Assembly (NCBI GenBank): GCA_025594325.1
Contig: JANHCV010000001.1
Coordinates: forward strand, 868,001 to 932,000
Direction of reading: 5' to 3'
DNA: 64,000 nucleotides
DNA from: Blastocladiella emersonii ATCC 22665
Taxonomy: Eukaryota > Fungi > Blastocladiomycota
Below are positions 59,372 through 64,000 of the stretch, piece by piece (the first letter of the stretch is position 1; every line of letters begins with the position of its first letter). The translations under genes and the position numbers were made by a program. The notes beneath the pieces were generated by a model, which was not told where the DNA came from, did no database searches, and saw only the letters and a program-made list of their open reading frames with translations.

Positions 59372-60629
59372 ATGCATCAACCACCATCGCCCGAAACAAT
59401 CCCGGGTTCGCCGCTCCCCTCGGCGTCACCCGGCGCAGCGCCCTTCGCGCTCGCGCCGCTGCACCCAAACGCACCGTCGGTCCCGATTCACCCCATCTCT
59501 CGTGTCGCAACCACGTCGCTCCGCGGGCACCCTTACCAGCGACCGCCCGCACTGCTCCGAGCGCTCGCGGTCATGGTCCGCTCAATCGCTCTCCAATGGC
59601 GACCCGTTGGTGCGCGCCCTCCGCCCGTCTCGCTGCCGGGCGGCTCGCCGACCCTCACTTGGCCTGAGCCGCGCACGACCTGCGCCACGGTCGACGACGT
59701 TTTGCTGTACTTCACGAGCTTGCTCTGGGAGCTGACAGCGGTCGGCGCTGTTCCTACGCCTCGGGTGGACCCTGGGCTGGACGCCGTCGTTGCTGCCGGC
59801 CGCGCAGCTGGCGACACGACGCTGGTCAACTTCGTGCAGACTGCGTACGCATCGCATCTTTTCCGCTGTCGCAGCTATTCCTCCATCTCTCCTCCATGAC
59901 CATGACCATGACCACGGCCACACTCCCACTCCCACTACCACACCGCCATCACCCTGTCTTGCGCCCTGCGCTAACCACCTGCCTGTCCATGCGTGTAGAC
60001 TCGCGCTCGGCCTCAACCCGCGCCCGCTTCTCTTCGCCATGACCGCTCCGCCCCACCATTCCGGAAACCGCTTCCTCCCGCTGCGCGACAAAAACTTCCT
60101 CCATCTCCAAGAACTGCCCTCGGCGCTCTCCGTCTACACCGTCATCCCCGTCCACGTGATTGGCCGAATGTGGGACAAGGTCGTCGCGCGCATCCTGAAG
60201 CGCCCGTCGCCCCGTGGCTCTCCGTGGCTGTACTACAACATCCTCGTCGGGGCTAGCAGCCACGAGGAGGCTGAGGCGCTGCGCGAGCTCACGGCCGAAA
60301 TTCAGCGCGAGATGGACGCCGTCGACCACGACGACGATCCTGACGACCGTGCGTACGGGGACGCTGCCGCACAAGGCTACCGCTTCCGGCCCCATGTCCA
60401 CGTCCACGTCGAGAGCCCGCCCGTCAACCTGCTCTGCCCGCTACGTGCCGAAGGTCAAGCTGGTCGCGCAGCGTCGATCCGCAGCGAGAACTTGCTCGTG
60501 CCACCAGGGCCCGACTACGACGACCACAACGACGAGGAGTACACCAAGTACGACCACCTGGACGGACCCGGCACGATCACCGTCCTGGCGTTCCCGTGGC
60601 CGTCGCCGTTTGCGCCACGGCAGCAACTC

Positions 60630-60661
<32 letters not shown>

Positions 60662-61226
60662 CCTTCACCACCACCATCTACAGCCACCGCCGCTGCAGCC
60701 GCTGCAGCCGCAGCAGGCCCCCGTGGTCCACGCGGCGAGCAAGTTCTCGGGCGAGCAGGAGCGCAGGTACCTCGAGCTGAGCACTTCGTGGCGGATGTAC
60801 GGGTCGTCGTCGCTGCGCAGCCCGAACCTGCCGCGCCTACGCCAACGCTCGTGCCCGCCCTCGATCACGTCGTCGCGCTCGTCCTCGCGCTCGTCGTCGC
60901 GGTCCCGCTCGTCGTCGCAGTCCCGTTCGTCGTCGCGGTCTCGCTCGTCTTCGCGTTCCCGCAACTCGTCCTTCCCGCCCTCGCCCTCGCACATGCACGC
61001 GCACCCGCACTCTGCGGTGTCCGCGCCAGTGACCGTGGTCTTGACGGACTGCGTGCTGGCGGGAACCGACAACCTTCCCCACATCTTGCACGTCCCCAAC
61101 AACCAGGTGGTGCTGGTCACCCAGTCGAGCGGCGCGATCAAGTTCTTTGACGCTTGGTTCCGCACGTTCTGGCCGCGCCTGACGCCTCGGCCCGTCAGCG
61201 CGGGGTCGACCAGAACCTTGCTATAA
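59372..61226 (+). CDS. Hypothetical protein with poly-Q and Ser/Arg-rich tracts (3' end uncertain)
   Basis: Exon 59372-~59844, GTACGC...GTGTAG intron to ~59998, then a long ORF with host codon bias. No family recognised. Confidence 0.55.
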
Positions 61227-62006
61227 CTCCGTCATTGCGCCCCGACTTCCCTCTAATACACTCACAGTTCGTCGCGCCCGCCACCGTCTTGTCTTCTCTT
61301 CGAGTCGCGCGACATGGACGCGAACTGGTTGAGGGACTGGGATGGGACGCCCGCGAGCGACGAGACCGCCGACGCGTGATGCTCGCCGTGATCTCTCGCT
61401 GATCCGTGAACGTTCTCGTGTTCCCGCCGCGTTTCAAGGCCGCCTGGCCGCGAGTTCGAGACGCGGTTTCGACGCGTGATGGATCAGCGTGATTGCGGTG
61501 GCAGCGCCACCACGGGCGCCGCAGGTCGCGGTGAGAGCGGCGAGCGGCGCTCCACTCGCGGCTGTGCCGACGCCGCCCCCGCCGCCTCCGCCCGCTCTCA
61601 TCTCCTCCCTCCCCTCCCCCGAGACAGCGACCCAACCTCACTCCCACGCATCAACGCATCTTGCAACTCGCTCCGACTCGGCGCCGCGGCCGCCCTGCAC
61701 CACCTAGCGCACACGGCGGAACAGCGGACCTCGCTCCTCGCTTCGCCCACCCGCTCGACCTGCGTCTCCGCCTCCCGACCGCCACTCGCCGCCGCTGCCG
61801 ACTTCGGGCACCGCCTGGCTGTTAGCACCCGGTTTCGGCTTGTTTGGGTTGCGGCAAGGCTTCTCGTCTCCCCTCGCCGGCGCTCCCAGCCCTGCTCAGC
61901 CCGCGCCGACCCACGACGACGCCTGTTTGGGTTCTTTCCTCCCCTCCTCCTGTAAACCGTTCCCTCTCCCTTGACACTCCGCGCATCGCACCCGCACCCG
62001 ACTGCC

Positions 62007-64000
62007 ATGCCCTCGGCCATCGACGATGTCTCCGTGGCGGCGAGCGCCTCGGCCTCGGTCGCCAGCAGCCAGCCCGTGAGCTTCTCCATCGCCGGGAGCT
62101 CCAAGGCCAGCACGCGGCCCGCCAACCGCCAGCAGCCCTTCCTCGAGCTCGGCTACGAGCTCCGCGAGACGCTCGGTGAGGGCGAATTCGGTACGCTGCT
62201 CCCGCCTCGTTCGCGGCCTGCGAGCGTGTGGTCGCTGCCCGACGTGCGCGATTCGGTCGGCGGCGGTGACAAGGTTTACCTCGCCGCTCGCTGCCGTACT
62301 CTGGCCATGCGCGCTCGCGCGATGCTGCTCGAAATAGCGCACCTCGACTGACCTCCCCGCCATTCGCACGGCCGCCGTAGGCAAGGTCAAGCTCGCGTTC
62401 CACAGCGGCACCGGCAACAAGGTTGCCATCAAGGTGTTCAAGCGGTCGCGCCTCGACGACGAGGAGAAGCAGCTCAAGCTGATGCGCGAGATCTCCATCC
62501 TCAACTCGGTCGTCCACAAGTCGATTGTGCGCCTGTTCGAGGTCCTCGAGACGGACGAGCTCATCGGCCTCGTCATCGAGCTGCTCGACCAGGAGCTCTT
62601 CGACTACATCCTCAACAACAAGTTTCTGCCCGAGCCCGAGGCCGGCCGCCTCTTCGCCCAGCTCGTCGACGGCGTCAACTACCTGCACGCCAAGGGCGTC
62701 GTGCACCGCGACCTCAAGCTCGAGAACCTGCTGCTGTCGAGCGAGAACAACCTCGTCATCATCGACTTTGGGTTTGCCAACCAGTTCCCGAGCCGCGCCC
62801 CGGACGCCCACGACGCCATGCAGTTCGCGACGCCCGAGCGCGCCCTCGCCGTGCCCGACCGCCACTTCCTCATGGCCACGTCGTGCGGCTCGCCGTGCTA
62901 CGCCGCGCCCGAGCTCGTGGTCGCCGACGGCTACGTCGGCACCTGCGCCGACGTGTGGTCTTGCGGCGTGATCCTGTTCGCCATGCTCGCCGGCTACCTG
63001 CCGTTCGACGACGACCCGGAGAACCCGCACGGCGACAACATCACGCTGCTGTACAAGTACATTCTGTCGGACCCGACGCCGCTGCACCTCCCGCCGCACC
63101 TCTCGCCCGACGCGCAGGACCTGCTCTCGCGCATGCTCGTCCCCGACCCGGAGCTCCGCCTCACCATGCGCGAGGTCATGGACCACGCCTGGCTCGCGCC
63201 CTTCCGCGCCGTCTTCAACGTCGACTACTCGCTCCCGCCGCCCGTCCCGCAAAAGGATCCGCACCGCCGCCGCTCGCGCACACCGACGTCGTCGGTCGGG
63301 TCCCCGCGATCGCCCGCCCCGGGCAGCATCTACGCGCCCGAGTTCTCGCCGCAGATGCAGCCGCAGCAGCCCATGCCGCCGGTATCGTCGGCGACGAGCG
63401 CCGCGGTTGCCGCCGCGACGGCAGCTGTCCTCGCACCACCGCCATCGCTCACCGCGCCGCTCTCGGTCCCCGTCCTCAACGGCGCCGGGCCGACCGCCAT
63501 GGACGTGGACGCGCAGCCGCCAGCACGCGCCGCGACCACCTCGCCCACCATGTACGCCTACGACATGGTCCTCCCCGCTGCCGAGACGGGCAGCGAGCGC
63601 GGCAGCAGCAGCAGCAGCGGCAACAGCATGCAGATCGACGGACCCGCCGGCTTCTCCGGCGCGCCAGCCGACGTGGTCATGTCGGACGCCCATCACCCGC
63701 ACCGCGGCATGACCCCGCCGCCGCGGCCCTTTTCGGTCGACAACTCGCAGTTGTCGCCGATCCGGACACGCACCGACCTCGACGGGTCGCCGCTCGCCGC
63801 GGGCCCGACCTTGGGGCTCGCCAACAGCGCGTCGGCCAACGGCATGAACGGCAACTACGCCTCGTCCACGACGCACGCCACCGCGTCGTCCTCGAAGCGC
63901 AACACGTTCACGGGCTTCTTCCAGAAGCCCAAGGGCGACTTCCTCGAGCTGCTCAAGTCGTCCATCTCGAAGCGCCGCTGGATGAAGCGCAAGGACCTGC
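62007..64000 (+). CDS. KIN4: CAMK/AMPK-related Ser/Thr kinase, Kin4/Ppk1 type (partial, runs off the right edge)
   Basis: ETLGEGEFG|KVKL (intron 62191-62380), VAIK, HRDLKLEN, DFGFAN, TSCGSPCYAAPEL and the family signature GYLPFDDDPENPHGDNITLLYKYI. Confidence 0.88.

Noticed and set aside
62191-62380. Relatively long kinase intron as a snoRNA host
   Set aside because: No C/D or H/ACA boxes in the right arrangement, only a small GC hairpin.

Overview
Eukaryotic, very GC-rich, compact fungal genomic DNA with short spliceosomal introns (donor GTACGC/GTATG, branch CTGAC/CTAAC, acceptor YAG). An axonemal dynein light chain plus fungal-type genes point to a flagellated zoosporic fungus, probably Blastocladiomycota (inference). 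Positions ~3.8-40.8 kb are a dense run of housekeeping genes, often head-to-head: PAF-AH, two orphan 7TM proteins, SET methyltransferase, complex I NUXM, Nup85, epoxide hydrolase, ADH, DNAL1, TRM112 (with an intronic C/D snoRNA), myosin I, GPATCH11, PP2A-C, a KICSTOR KICS2 orthologue, CLF1, SPC1 and IML1/DEPDC5. Positions ~40.8-57 kb are a rearranged accessory block. It holds a diverged ~440-bp inverted repeat enclosing a stand-alone gag-like ORF, an AIF/FSP1-like oxidoreductase and a siderophore-iron transporter, then a near-identical inverted 3.8-kb truncated copy of IML1 and a decayed LINE fragment. The window ends with a PIN-like gene, a hypothetical gene and a Kin4-type kinase. The best leads are the nested inverted-repeat architecture around IML1 (a possible invertible full-length/truncated GATOR1 switch, or an assembly artefact), KICS2 beside DEPDC5, and the hairpin-expanded snoRNA. 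All family calls are from recalled motifs; no database search was run.
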